A stretch of 50,966 nt of DNA from a virus (lineage: Duplodnaviria; Caudoviricetes). Location of the stretch: positions 1 through 50,966 of IMG/VR virus record IMGVR_UViG_3300046817_000857. One strand, given 5' to 3'. Below the pieces are notes generated by a model, which was not told the DNA's origin, did no database searches, and saw nothing but the letters and a program-made list of their open reading frames with translations. Made by a program: the position numbers and the translations under genes. How positions within the stretch are numbered: the stretch's first letter is position 1; the number at the start of each line of letters is the position of its first letter. Below are positions 36,659 through 45,774 of this stretch, one piece after another.

Positions 36659-37372
36659 CTATTGCCTGGTTGAGGAAGGGAGCGTTGGCCACATGGCAGC
36701 GGCTGCGGATGGTGGCGCCGTACGTCCGGACTGGGATTGACCCTCCTTAGACGGACCATTACCTGCAACGTGCGTGCCCTCAGTTACCTTCTCGGCAAGC
36801 CGGGAGATGACGCGGATGAAGGCAGGGTGGTTGCCGACTCCGGTTAGGTCCATGGCTGCTTTGAAGTCTGAGGCCAGCTTCGGATCGCCAAGGCCATCAA
36901 GGGCCTTGGATATGCGAACGTTGATCTCCTGACCCGGGCCGAGCTTGCCGCGCAGGTCGGGGTGCGATTCGGAATCCTTGCGCCAGCCGTCGGTCATTTC
37001 TTGATAGGCCTTAGCTGGGGCGGAGGAGAGTTCGGAAATTTGCTTTCCGTAGAAATCGACGAGGGACTGGGCAGCGTCTTGGGAAAGGCCCAGGCCTTTG
37101 AAGAGGTTATCGGCTTCGGTTTTGATTTCAGGCGAAAGAGTAACGCCGTCAGGGAGTTTGTAGTCGGCGTACTTCTCCGGGGCGCCTTCGGCTGCCTTGA
37201 CTTCAGCCTGCTCTGGAGACTTATCCTCAGTGAGTAGTGTCTTCCCCGGCTCCGTCGTCTCCGGGGTCGTACTCGAAGGTGACTGATCCGTCTGCGTCGT
37301 CTGGCCGTCCGAGATCTGACCCTCCGCCGTTCGCGTCACTCCCGCTGTGTCCACTGTCGTCTCGTCGGGCAT
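36659..37372 (-). CDS. Capsid scaffolding protein (Bbp18-like)
   Basis: APEKYADYKLPDG, GLSQDAAQ.LVD, G.GNHPAFIR; upstream of the capsid gene. Confidence 0.8.
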   Translation of the reverse strand: MPDETTVDTAGVTRTAEGQISDGQTTQTDQSPSSTTPETTEPGKTLLTEDKSPEQAEVKAAEGAPEKYADYKLPDGVTLSPEIKTEADNLFKGLGLSQDAAQSLVDFYGKQISELSSAPAKAYQEMTDGWRKDSESHPDLRGKLGPGQEINVRISKALDGLGDPKLASDFKAAMDLTGVGNHPAFIRVISRLAEKVTEGTHVAGNGPSKEGQSQSGRTAPPSAAAAMWPTLPSSTRQ

Positions 37373-37682
37373 TTGCTTGTTCCTTATCGGTTTGCTCACG
37401 CATCATTTGGATGTATTGATCGGGCGCCCATCGCACCACGTCAGTAAGAAGTTGCAGACCCACACTTCGCTTGCCTTCATTAAACGCACCAGATAGCGCT
37501 TCACCCGTGAAGGTTGTGGAGAATATGGCGCAGTCGGCAAGGATAGAATGCACCCAATTCCTGCCACCAGGAGAAGCCATGAGATTAAAAATAACAACGC
37601 GACGCTCTGCTTCAGCGTGCTTAGCAGCGCGGGTTGCACGACGAAGGGCTCGGAGGTCGGCTGCGTTGTAGTGGTCATTCAC
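37227..37682 (-). CDS. Bbp19-like protein
   Basis: LMASPGGRNWV..IL..C.IF.TTF......AFNEGKRSVGL. Confidence 0.78.
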   Translation of the reverse strand: MNDHYNAADLRALRRATRAAKHAEAERRVVIFNLMASPGGRNWVHSILADCAIFSTTFTGEALSGAFNEGKRSVGLQLLTDVVRWAPDQYIQMMREQTDKEQANARRDDSGHSGSDANGGGSDLGRPDDADGSVTFEYDPGDDGAGEDTTH

Positions 37683-37987
37683 GTCTCGGCTCCGGGGATA
37701 AAACAGCGGATGGCAAGCTGTCCCTCATATTCGTAAGGCCAAACGATAGCCTGGCCAAGACGATTGGAAGCGGAGATAAGTGCGTCGTCGGGGACGACTA
37801 TTTTTTGTCCGTCAACGATTACCCAATAGTGAGCGCCTTTGATTCCCCAATCGTCGGTTGCAACGGTGCGTCCATCAGCGAAGGAGCAGCAAAGACCCTT
37901 TCCACTTTTAAGTGAGTCAAACCAGCCCTTGAGTTGGGAATCGGGGTAAGAGCCAGCGATCAAAAGGAGAGCGAGGAGTATTTTCAT
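37679..37987 (-). CDS. Small secreted Cys-containing protein (host-like)
   Basis: Hydrophobic N-terminus; WFDSL...CCSFADG...IRCFIPG. Confidence 0.7.
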   Translation of the reverse strand: MKILLALLLIAGSYPDSQLKGWFDSLKSGKGLCCSFADGRTVATDDWGIKGAHYWVIVDGQKIVVPDDALISASNRLGQAIVWPYEYEGQLAIRCFIPGAET

Positions 37988-38154
37988 GCCGCGATCTCCC
38001 TGCGCATCCAGACTTGGGCATGCTCGCCAGTGACAAACATTTGAAACACTTCCCAGCCGTCTTGGCCGAAGCGGTTGAGGACAACGGTGGCTTCCTCGGC
38101 TGTGCTGTAGCCGAGGCCCTCGACTAGTTCATTTTTGTATTCAAACCGTTTCAT
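37984..38154 (-). CDS. DUF4177-like small protein (56 aa)
   Basis: MKRFEYK...LNRFGQDGWEV...MRRE; ATGA overlaps at both ends. Not in the ORF track. Confidence 0.7.
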   Translation of the reverse strand: MKRFEYKNELVEGLGYSTAEEATVVLNRFGQDGWEVFQMFVTGEHAQVWMRREIAA

Positions 38155-39968
38155 GCCGCACCGGTTAGTTTGGTGAGGAGGGAGCCTGAACCGGGCTGGG
38201 CTTCGGAGAGGGTTTTGGCTCCTGCGGCTAGCTTCTGTGCGGTGTCGGCTTGGGCGGCCTGTTGGGCTTGCTGGGCTTGCGCTGCGCGCTGTTGACGAAT
38301 CGCAGCCAACTGAGAAGGCGAGCGAATGAGTTTGGGATCGTTATTGTATAGATGCGATACCTTATCGAGTCCGTAGTCAATGTCAACGTTATCGACAGCT
38401 GCGGGGTCAATCCCGGCGAGCGCTCCCACCATGTTGAATAGACGTTCAATCCCAGAGGCTTGATTCGCATTTTGGGCGAGCTCGATCATGGAGGTGAATT
38501 CGATGGTAAGGTGCTTTCCTTGAGCCTCCGCAGGAGCGGGAGGCAAAATACCTGCCCTTGAGGCGATGCCGAACACTCGATCATGAATCTTAGCGAAGCC
38601 CTCGTGATTGAGACGTTCAAGGACTGGGCCCAGCATAAGCATTGCTTCCGCTCGTCGAGCGTCGATTTCGGTAGCGGTGACGTTGGAGCGGGTTTCGAAC
38701 TGGGAGATAACTTTGAAGAGATCATTGTAGAAGGTGCTCCCTATGCGGGCCCGGACTTCCCCAAGCTGCTCCCGCATTTCGTTGACCTTGGGATCAACGG
38801 TGTAGACCGGAGCGAAGCCAGTTTTGCCCTGAGCGATCATACCGGAGACGTAGGTCACGCCGCCAGGGAGGAGGGAAGCGGGCTGGTTTTTCAGTTGGAC
38901 ATCAGCGATCATCGGAGGGTTGACCATTTTGTCAATGCCCTGCGAGAGCCGCTTGGTTTCTAGTTGCAGCTGTTTGATATCGGGTAGAGCGTCCATACCA
39001 GGGGATCGGCCGTACGCATCATTAGATACGAGATCCCATCGTGTGACGATGGCGGGTGACTCATGAAAACCTCGCTTGCGGAGTAGACCCGGGCTGTATG
39101 ATGAGCCTCCTTGAGGAGATGCAGAGCCACCCCACTCCCAATAGCATTCTCTATAGGCGAAGGATTCTGGGACACCGTATGTCCTTCCATCGATGTTGGG
39201 CTCAACCATGTGGGCAATGACGAGCTCACGGGTTAGCGATGTGCCGCCTTGGGCCCAGAGGGAGGCGGTGGACGGGGAAAGGTTTTCGACTCCGAATTCT
39301 TCCGCGGCCTGGGAAACAGTGTAAGTAAACTCCCGAGCAAAGATGCAAGGGCGAAGTTGACCATCGTTATCAACATAATACTCGCCCAGGCAAGGATTAA
39401 CGCATCGGATGACATTGTCGAAGTCCTCGTAGATGAGCATGGAGGCGGTGCCGAAGACGACGAGGTCGAAATAGAAGATGGCGAGGGAGTCATAGAAGTT
39501 GGATTCAGCGAGGACCAGACCGATGATGCGTTCGACCTCGGCTAGCCACAAGGACACAGGCGAGGTTTGTGTAGAATCCAATCGCCCCAGCTTGTAGCGG
39601 AACCAGCGCTTGGTGGGATCGCTGCAACCCATCATCATCCCGGCAGCCAAGTTCCTTGCTGCCATCGAGCCAGTCGAGTCTAAGATGTGGGCGTTGATCG
39701 GAGAGCCTCGGGCCATTTGATTCGGGGTGATCAGCCATTTGTACCTTCGAGGGAGTTCGTAATCGGCGAGTTCACGCCAGTGCACCCACCAGGAGAAGCG
39801 GTTTACACGGAGGCCGATGAGGCGGGATTCGGAGGCCCGGCGGAAGGCGATTTCAGGATCAGAAGCTGGGCCGGGGGCAAGACGGTTGGTCGCGCGGCGC
39901 ACCTTTGCCCGTGCCTCGGGGGAGAGGTTGGGGTAGGTGGAGGTGGCTGCAGCGGAGCCGTATTGCAC
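38151..39968 (-). CDS. Portal (head-to-tail connector), T7/BPP-1 type
   Basis: ILDSTG..AARNLAAG, YGRSPGMDALPDIKQLQ, TATEI..R..E....LGPVLERL. Confidence 0.95.
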   Translation of the reverse strand: MQYGSAAATSTYPNLSPEARAKVRRATNRLAPGPASDPEIAFRRASESRLIGLRVNRFSWWVHWRELADYELPRRYKWLITPNQMARGSPINAHILDSTGSMAARNLAAGMMMGCSDPTKRWFRYKLGRLDSTQTSPVSLWLAEVERIIGLVLAESNFYDSLAIFYFDLVVFGTASMLIYEDFDNVIRCVNPCLGEYYVDNDGQLRPCIFAREFTYTVSQAAEEFGVENLSPSTASLWAQGGTSLTRELVIAHMVEPNIDGRTYGVPESFAYRECYWEWGGSASPQGGSSYSPGLLRKRGFHESPAIVTRWDLVSNDAYGRSPGMDALPDIKQLQLETKRLSQGIDKMVNPPMIADVQLKNQPASLLPGGVTYVSGMIAQGKTGFAPVYTVDPKVNEMREQLGEVRARIGSTFYNDLFKVISQFETRSNVTATEIDARRAEAMLMLGPVLERLNHEGFAKIHDRVFGIASRAGILPPAPAEAQGKHLTIEFTSMIELAQNANQASGIERLFNMVGALAGIDPAAVDNVDIDYGLDKVSHLYNNDPKLIRSPSQLAAIRQQRAAQAQQAQQAAQADTAQKLAAGAKTLSEAQPGSGSLLTKLTGAA

Positions 39969-40138
39969 TATGTGGGTTCCTTTGCGGGTGGCTTTTCGAA
40001 TCGACCCTGACGGTGCATCTCGGCCAGGGCCATTAGAAGCGCTGGCTCAGAGGGCATAGGCTGAGCGGGAGCGGAGGGCTGGTTCTTGGTGATCGGGACT
40101 ACGGGCATCTGCGGCTCGGAGAGTAGGTCGGAAGACAT
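39968..40138 (-). CDS. Hypothetical protein
   Basis: Abuts the portal start; start codon uncertain. Confidence 0.45.
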   Translation of the reverse strand: MSSDLLSEPQMPVVPITKNQPSAPAQPMPSEPALLMALAEMHRQGRFEKPPAKEPT

Positions 40139-40392
40139 AAGGCCCTGCGCCCGTAGCCTACTCCCCGCAGATAGCCGAGATAGCAACCACGTTGTGTGCG
40201 TGACCATGTCCTGTGCGCAGGCTTGTGGACAAGGTGCTGAGCGCCAAGTGCGATGAAGTGTTGCTCAGCGAAGCAAGTCGCCCCTATGTCCCGGGGGCTT
40301 GAGTCGGTGGGTGCGTCGATCAAACGCACCCGTTTCCCTAGCCAGACACCAGCCCATTTGCGGAGGCACTCGATTAGGAGGGATTTGTTCAT
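40099..40392 (-). CDS. Hypothetical protein
   Basis: ATGA overlap with the upstream stop. Confidence 0.5.
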   Translation of the reverse strand: MNKSLLIECLRKWAGVWLGKRVRLIDAPTDSSPRDIGATCFAEQHFIALGAQHLVHKPAHRTWSRTQRGCYLGYLRGVGYGRRALCLPTYSPSRRCP

Positions 40393-40586
40393 GTGCCAAG
40401 GAGGGTCTTTTGACCCGTGTTGGAGGGATTAGAGGAAAGCTGCGCGCCGAGAAAGGTGGGCTGCGAGGCTTTGGCTTTTGGCTTTTGCCCAGGGGCGGCC
40501 TGCGCACCGAAGGCAGGTGGAGCCGCAGGGGTGGTTTGGGGGAGCACCGGTGCCGGGGGCGTGGGAGTGGGGGCGGAGAGGCTCAT
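40389..40586 (-). CDS. Small Pro-rich virion protein (ends QKTLLG)
   Basis: The KTLLG C-terminus is typical of the small gene upstream of T7/BPP-1-type portals. Confidence 0.7.
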   Translation of the reverse strand: MSLSAPTPTPPAPVLPQTTPAAPPAFGAQAAPGQKPKAKASQPTFLGAQLSSNPSNTGQKTLLGT

Positions 40587-42088
40587 GCGTCCTCCAGTTC
40601 GAAGGTGCGGTAGGGGTCGTATTCGTGCTCGACGAGGGGCTTGCGGGCGTGCTCGCCACCGGCAAATTCATGCGGCGCCAGCGCGTGCGCGAAGGTGGTG
40701 ACAAAGGCATCGATGTCATCGAGCTCGAGATCGGGCTCGAGTTTCAGCATGTCCTCTTTAGAGATCAGCTGGATCTCATCGCGCTTGTTGATGGTGTATT
40801 TGATGGAGCTAAATTGGCGAAGCAGATCTGGGTCGTTGGGGATGCAACCGGTCTTGAGCCACGCCCGCGCTGCGCCGTACATCCCGGAGCGCTTGTTTGC
40901 GTAACGCTCGCCTTGGCTGCCCCAAGTGTGGTGCGGGGTGTCGTCCTTCGCACCGAACTGGACTTCGTAGCAATGGAGAGCCTTGGCACGGATTTGGTCC
41001 ACTACACCACCGCCCACACCACCACCGTCGATGAAGATGCCATCCGCATGGTAGGTGAAGTTGGCCTCGAAGATCCGATCAGAGAGTTGGACCGTGCTCA
41101 GTCCTTGGTACCGCTGCCGATCATAAGTCCGCGCATCCCTTCCCTTGCGCGGGTAGATGACAGAAGAATTCTTCCCATAGCGTGCAACATCAACCCCAAG
41201 AGCAAGGGGATCAGATATACCAGAAACAGCATCGCGAAGAGCAGCTGCCTGAACATCTTCAGCGGAGAAGAACTCCATCTCGCCAACGCGCGGGAACTGG
41301 CCGTAAATGCGGATGCGACAGAAGTCGGAGTCTTCGCCATAGGCGGTGATCCACTTTGCGATTTGGGTTTTGTTGGTGAAGCGGACGGTGCGGGAGTCGA
41401 TCTCGGTGGAGTGCCAGTAGGTGGAGAAGGCACCGCCCGGGAAGCAGTCTTTGAAGCGGCCGACGTTGCGGGTGGGGTTGCCGAAGACCAGCCAGATTAT
41501 CTGCGTGTCCTCATCGGTGAGCGCACCTTCGGAGGTTTCCCAGATTACGTTGGGGATGGCGGAGGCTTCGTCGAAGATGAGGAGGATTCGTTTGCCTTTA
41601 TTATGGAGCCCTGCGAAGGCCTCGGTGTTGCGCTCGGACCAGGGAACCATGTCGATGCGCCAGGTGCGCTCCCGCTCGGGGTGGAAGAGCGAGGTGGCGG
41701 TGAGCTTGAACAGATCCTTCGCGATGAAGAGGTGGTACCACTTGCCAAGCTCCGCCCAGGTTTTGGTTTTCAACTGGGTTTCGGTGTTGGCGGTGATCAC
41801 GCCCTTGGTATCGGTCATGGTAGAGATGGCCCAGAGGATGATCCAGGCAACGCAGCAGGACTTTCCGACCCCGTGGCCGGAGGCAGTGGCCTCCTGGATC
41901 GCAGCCTCAGCGGTGATTAGGCCATCACGAATGCGGCCGAGGAGGGCTTTCTGCCATTCCTCAGGGCCGATCTCGTCAGCGAGCCGTCCAGGCTGCCCCC
42001 AAGGGAACGCACCCATGACAAAGGCAAATGGATCCCCGGAGACCGAAGCGAGCCAGGCAATGAGGCGTGGGTCGAAGTTAGCGTCCAC
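40583..42088 (-). CDS. terL: Terminase large subunit
   Basis: ASGHGVGKS, LLIFDEAS, FGNPTR, nuclease LGVDVARYG, IFIDGGGVG. Confidence 0.95.
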   Translation of the reverse strand: MDANFDPRLIAWLASVSGDPFAFVMGAFPWGQPGRLADEIGPEEWQKALLGRIRDGLITAEAAIQEATASGHGVGKSCCVAWIILWAISTMTDTKGVITANTETQLKTKTWAELGKWYHLFIAKDLFKLTATSLFHPERERTWRIDMVPWSERNTEAFAGLHNKGKRILLIFDEASAIPNVIWETSEGALTDEDTQIIWLVFGNPTRNVGRFKDCFPGGAFSTYWHSTEIDSRTVRFTNKTQIAKWITAYGEDSDFCRIRIYGQFPRVGEMEFFSAEDVQAAALRDAVSGISDPLALGVDVARYGKNSSVIYPRKGRDARTYDRQRYQGLSTVQLSDRIFEANFTYHADGIFIDGGGVGGGVVDQIRAKALHCYEVQFGAKDDTPHHTWGSQGERYANKRSGMYGAARAWLKTGCIPNDPDLLRQFSSIKYTINKRDEIQLISKEDMLKLEPDLELDDIDAFVTTFAHALAPHEFAGGEHARKPLVEHEYDPYRTFELEDA

Positions 42089-42090
42089 GC

Positions 42091-42744
42091 CTAGAACCTC
42101 CGGCCGAAAGCAGGTCGGGGAAGAACCTCCCCACGAGGCTCCTCCCCTTCCTGCGGCGCCGAAAGTTGAGGGGCTGGCGGAGGTGTATGGGCGACACCAG
42201 CCCCTCCCTCACGGGAAGAATCGGGGGAGGACAACTTCCCGGAGACGAGCTTTGCGGAGCGCGAGCGGTCGATGGCTTGATCCAACTGCGCTGCGAAATC
42301 GACATTCACGTTGATGTTGGTTGCGTGCTTCCCAAAGCCGACACGGTCTGCGGAGAGCTCGAAGATCTTCGCGGATTCGCGGACGGGCATACGCTCATCG
42401 GCGTCCTCATAATAATTGAGGGTGTCCTGCATCGCCATGGCGGAGCGCAGGGCGTTTTGCACCGAGACGTTGCGGAGGAGTGCGATCTCATCGAACCCCG
42501 CCATCTCGCGCACGTGCTCGTGATTACGAAACTGCGCTACGAGGTTCTGCATCGCTGGGTCGAGGGAGAGTTGCCCCACCCGCTCGGGGGTGTAGTCCAG
42601 CCGCGCTGCGATCTCATTCCGTGTCAGCCCCGCAGCGATGTACTTCGCAAGCAACCGATGACGCTCCTTGATGCGCTGCAAGGCAGGGCGCCGATCTTCA
42701 TCAGGGATATATCCCCCCTTAGGCCGCCCGCGCGTCCGCGTCAT
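42091..42744 (-). CDS. terS: Putative terminase small subunit (N-terminal HTH)
   Basis: GLTRNEIAARLDYTPERV HTH; immediately upstream of TerL. Confidence 0.6.
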   Translation of the reverse strand: MTRTRGRPKGGYIPDEDRRPALQRIKERHRLLAKYIAAGLTRNEIAARLDYTPERVGQLSLDPAMQNLVAQFRNHEHVREMAGFDEIALLRNVSVQNALRSAMAMQDTLNYYEDADERMPVRESAKIFELSADRVGFGKHATNINVNVDFAAQLDQAIDRSRSAKLVSGKLSSPDSSREGGAGVAHTPPPAPQLSAPQEGEEPRGEVLPRPAFGRRF

Positions 42745-42919
42745 ATCTCGGATCCTCGGGGCCCAGCCCCTCCATGAATTTCAACTTCGGCAGGCTCGGC
42801 TTCCCCCGCTTCGCCACAACCTCATCCTCCGCGACCAGTTTACGCAGGCTTCGGTGCCCTCTGCCAGTCCCACGCAGCACTCCGCCATTGTGCCCACGCC
42901 AAAATCCCATTTCCCTCAT
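42719..42919 (-). CDS. Hypothetical basic protein, first late gene
   Basis: GGAG SD downstream of the putative late promoter. Confidence 0.4.
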   Translation of the reverse strand: MREMGFWRGHNGGVLRGTGRGHRSLRKLVAEDEVVAKRGKPSLPKLKFMEGLGPEDPRYDADARAA

Positions 42920-42946
42920 CTCCAAACCCTTCTCAATTCTACCCCT

Positions 42947-42975
42947 ATTTTGAACTTCCAAGCCCTAAAAGTCAA
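42947..42975 (-). promoter_or_regulatory. Putative sigma70-type promoter for the late operon
   Basis: TTGACT-N17-CAAAAT on the minus strand. Confidence 0.5.
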
Positions 42976-43214
42976 GCAAAAAGGGAGGGGCAAAAAGTAA
43001 ATTTTAATATTTTTGCGCGGAGGGGTAGTGGGCCGGCGACGAGGACCGATTTTTGGGGTGGGGGGTGGCTTTCGTGAGGGTTCGTTCACGTAACGTTCCG
43101 CGAACGCCATGCGGGTGGCGCATGGCTGGGTGTCGAAATGAGCATGGCGTTCACGGTTTGTCTGTGCGATGATCGGTGTGTCGATCGGGCAATCACGCCC
43201 ATTGGAGACATGTC

Positions 43215-43532
43215 ATGAAGGCGCTCTTTGGATACAACTTCGGCCGTGCGAGCATTGCGATTATTCCTGACAGCCAGAAGAAGGCGAGCAAGGAGGATTG
43301 GACGCAGGTGGACTTCGCCACGTTGCCAAGTGAAGCGCAAGTAGCGTTCAAGGCGTTTCAGGATTATAACGAGGAGTTGAAGGCGACTGAGGCGTTCAAG
43401 CGAGTACAGGCTGCCAGGACAGAGTATGAGATGATCATGCGCAGTGTGTTGGGGATCAAGTCGGATAAGCTGAGCAAGCAATCGTTTGCGGATTATCTAG
43501 CATCGCGAACGGAGGCTGGTTATGCGGCGTAG
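43215..43532 (+). CDS. Hypothetical early protein
   Basis: GGAG SD; followed by a hairpin and terminator. Confidence 0.65.
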   Translation: MKALFGYNFGRASIAIIPDSQKKASKEDWTQVDFATLPSEAQVAFKAFQDYNEELKATEAFKRVQAARTEYEMIMRSVLGIKSDKLSKQSFADYLASRTEAGYAA

Positions 43533-43631
43533 ATCACGGCGGCGAGCGCTCGCCCAAGTATGGGCAGCGTTGCACCGCTACCAATGGCTGCGATATAGAT
43601 ACGGCTAAGGCACAGCGCAAAGGATAAGATC

Positions 43632-43656
43632 GGCCTGGCATGTCCAGGCCTTTCTT
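43632..43656 (+). terminator. Rho-independent terminator
   Basis: ggcctgg-catgt-ccaggcc followed by tttctt. Confidence 0.6.
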
Positions 43657-43830
43657 GCGTTCTGTGTGTTCACGGTTTGGTCTAAAACGCCTTGGCGTGG
43701 TCGCTGGTGCGTTTTAGATCAGGCCGCTAGGTGGGTAGCGAGGCGGGTCGACAAGCGCACCACGGGCCACGGCTGGCGGATTGGAGGGCCTTCTGTGAGC
43801 GGTCAGATCGAGCCATCCCTGATCCGATCT

Positions 43831-44087
43831 GATCCTACTCTTATGCTACTCTCAATCTACTCTCATAGCCTAGTCATGGCTGTTTGGGCACATTGGCAGA
43901 AGGTATTGAAACATTCGGATAGTGTTCCTTATGATAAAAAAAAAAAAAAAAAAATTAAGGACAGTAAGACCCGCCCACACTGTGTAAAATCGAGATAGGT
44001 GCCCAAACAGTCGGGACTAGACTATGAGAGTGGAATGAGAGTAGGATGAGAGTGGGATGAGGTAGAATGAGGCGGGATGAGAGTGGA
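43831..44087. repeat. Imperfect ~61-bp inverted repeat of iteron-like units flanking an A19 tract; origin candidate
   Basis: Arms at 43831-43891 and 43999-44059, built of (c/t)actctcat units; A run at 43936-43954. Confidence 0.8.
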
Positions 44088-44163
44088 CTAGGTGCGTGGG
44101 AACATTCGCAGCGTGCGGAGCGGGAATAGGTGACGATATGCACGCAGCGCGGTGCGATTATTG

Positions 44164-44192
44164 TTGCAACCAACGGTGAATTCTGATATACT
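44164..44192 (+). promoter_or_regulatory. Sigma70 early promoter
   Basis: TTGCAA-N17-TATACT upstream of 44218. Confidence 0.7.
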
Positions 44193-44217
44193 GTGAGTTG
44201 AAATCGGGGAGTAGCAA

Positions 44218-44421
44218 ATGCCACTAGCACGAAGCGGGATATACGATACGCTTTATCGACTTGCGTTAAAGCTTGCGAAGAAATCAGTCATGGCAACAAT
44301 GGTGCAGCGTGGGTATGATCCTACGGACTTCTCGCCAAGGGATATTGGGAAGTCTGCTAGGATATTGGTTGACAGCGATCCAAAGTGGATTGAACAGGCA
44401 AAGCGGAGGTTGAAGATATGA
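44218..44421 (+). CDS. Hypothetical early protein
   Basis: GGGAG SD downstream of the promoter. Confidence 0.7.
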   Translation: MPLARSGIYDTLYRLALKLAKKSVMATMVQRGYDPTDFSPRDIGKSARILVDSDPKWIEQAKRRLKI

Positions 44422-44657
44422 CCCAGCGAATATCAATCACTGAAGCGCGAGATGCACCTACCATTTCATGGACGCCCTCAGAGCAACTCGAACGGATGAT
44501 TGACAGCCAAGGCCTTGGGAGTGTGCTTGAAATGATCCGGGAGATTTGCTACGAGAAGGCGAATCATATCGCGGTGGAGTGGCAGGATATGCCGCTTGCA
44601 AAGCGATGGATTGCCTATGCGATACGGATCAATAACGTTGTGCAAGCTATTCGCTGA
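44418..44657 (+). CDS. Hypothetical early protein
   Basis: GGAGG SD; ATGA overlap. Confidence 0.7.
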   Translation: MTQRISITEARDAPTISWTPSEQLERMIDSQGLGSVLEMIREICYEKANHIAVEWQDMPLAKRWIAYAIRINNVVQAIR

Positions 44658-44669
44658 GCAGGAGGGACC

Positions 44670-44759
44670 ATGTCAGCAATCATCACCGGAGCCATGCTCC
44701 TACTAAGCGTGGCTGTGACAGCCTACGTATGGGCCATCCTGATAACGATAGGATGGTGA
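44670..44759 (+). CDS. 29-aa single-TM peptide (MSAIITGAMLLLSVAVTAYVWAILITIGW)
   Basis: AGGAGG SD; uncharged and almost wholly hydrophobic. Not in the ORF track. Confidence 0.6.
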   Translation: MSAIITGAMLLLSVAVTAYVWAILITIGW

Positions 44760-44807
44760 TTGCAAGCCCTAGAGCATCTACACGGTGCTCTAGTTCGTGC
44801 AATCCCC
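44755..44807 (+). other. Structured RNA hairpin, copy 1 (RNase III site-like)
   Basis: gattgca/tgcaatc lower stem, internal loop, ctagagca/tgctctag upper stem. Confidence 0.55.
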
Positions 44808-44821
44808 AGGGACCGAAAGCC

Positions 44822-45010
44822 ATGTATACAGTTTACATCACAGTCAATCAAGCTAACGGCACAGAATTTGATATGACAACACGAGAGTATGCAACACATG
44901 CTGAACTGATAGACGGACTGGGTGCGATTGTGGATAATGCTACGGTGCATTGTCTTGAGAGCACCACACACGGTCCTAGCTCTATCATTCTTACCGTTGT
45001 ACCACAGTGA
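44822..45010 (+). CDS. Hypothetical early protein (62 aa)
   Basis: MYTVYITV...; lies between the twin hairpins. Confidence 0.55.
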   Translation: MYTVYITVNQANGTEFDMTTREYATHAELIDGLGAIVDNATVHCLESTTHGPSSIILTVVPQ

Positions 45011-45054
45011 GTGCAAGCCCTAAGCCCTTACGGGGGCTTAGATCGTGCAATCCC
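45007..45054 (+). other. Structured RNA hairpin, copy 2 (RNase III site-like)
   Basis: Same flanks TGCAAGCCCTA...TAG(A/T)TCGTGCAATCCC; upper stem ctaagccc/gggcttag. Confidence 0.55.
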
Positions 45055-45135
45055 TAGCACAACCATCGGCAGCAATAGGAGGGAGTATGAAAGAGTCCTA
45101 GGATGCCCTTGGCCCAACCAATAGGAGCCACTAAT

Positions 45136-45774
45136 ATGCCCATGATAGCGGTTGCTATCACCAAAGCGAAGAAGAACATAAGCGTAGACACCGAGGCCTT
45201 CTCGGATGAAATCTACGCAGCGATTTTTCAGGAAGGCCTCAAAACCCTCCTGAATAAGAACATGAGCAAGATCACGGTCAAGGACCTTGATGGTGACGAA
45301 CTTGCCGAAGCACAGTCCGCTGCCCTCGCGAAGGGCGAGGAAAACCTGAAGAACCTTGTCGAGGGCAACCTTAAGAAACGCAAGGCTGCGGCTAAGGAAG
45401 GTCGAGAGGTGACTACCGAAGCTCGGCGCTTGGCGCGCGAGGCAGTGAAGGCTGCCTTCCGTGAGGCGGGAAAGAAGATCACTGGCATCAAGTCCAGTGT
45501 GATTACGGCGGCGGCGGATGAGCTTATCGCCGAGGATGATTCCTATCTCGTTAAGGCACGAGAGAATGTCGCGAAGATGAAGGCTCGTGAGAGCATCATC
45601 GCGAAGCCGAAGGAAGGCACTGCGTTGGCTGATCTTATTGCCTCTGCAGAAACCGCCAAGCCCAAGGTCGCGCCTACGAGGAAAAAGAAGGACACTGCCA
45701 CTGCGGAGGATGTTGCAGCGGCTGTGAAGGTTGCTAAGAGCAAGGGCAAGCCTGCCCAAGCCACAGCGCACTAA
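45136..45774 (+). CDS. Lys/Ala-rich early protein, possibly DNA-binding
   Basis: TAGGAG SD; highly basic, Ala-rich C-terminus. Confidence 0.75.
   Translation: MPMIAVAITKAKKNISVDTEAFSDEIYAAIFQEGLKTLLNKNMSKITVKDLDGDELAEAQSAALAKGEENLKNLVEGNLKKRKAAAKEGREVTTEARRLAREAVKAAFREAGKKITGIKSSVITAAADELIAEDDSYLVKARENVAKMKARESIIAKPKEGTALADLIASAETAKPKVAPTRKKKDTATAEDVAAAVKVAKSKGKPAQATAH

Noticed and set aside
40478-41920. 480-aa plus-strand ORF and other long antisense ORFs (e.g. 30136-31194, 41421-42314, 35983-36750)
   Set aside because: Shadow frames opposite well-supported genes in GC-rich DNA; no recognisable motifs.
42990-43080. G-rich tract (ggggtggggggtgg) beside an AT-rich patch as a pac site or G-quadruplex
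   Set aside because: The position upstream of terS is suggestive, but sequence alone gives no testable support; read-terminus data are needed.
43831-44087. CRISPR mini-array
   Set aside because: Units are ~11 bp, adjacent without spacers and arranged as inverted arms; there is no cas operon.
43666-44230. ORFs 43666-43998 (+) and 43955-44230 (-) with similar peptides and poly-Lys
   Set aside because: The similarity and the Lys run are by-products of the inverted repeat and A19 tract; no convincing SD or protein features.
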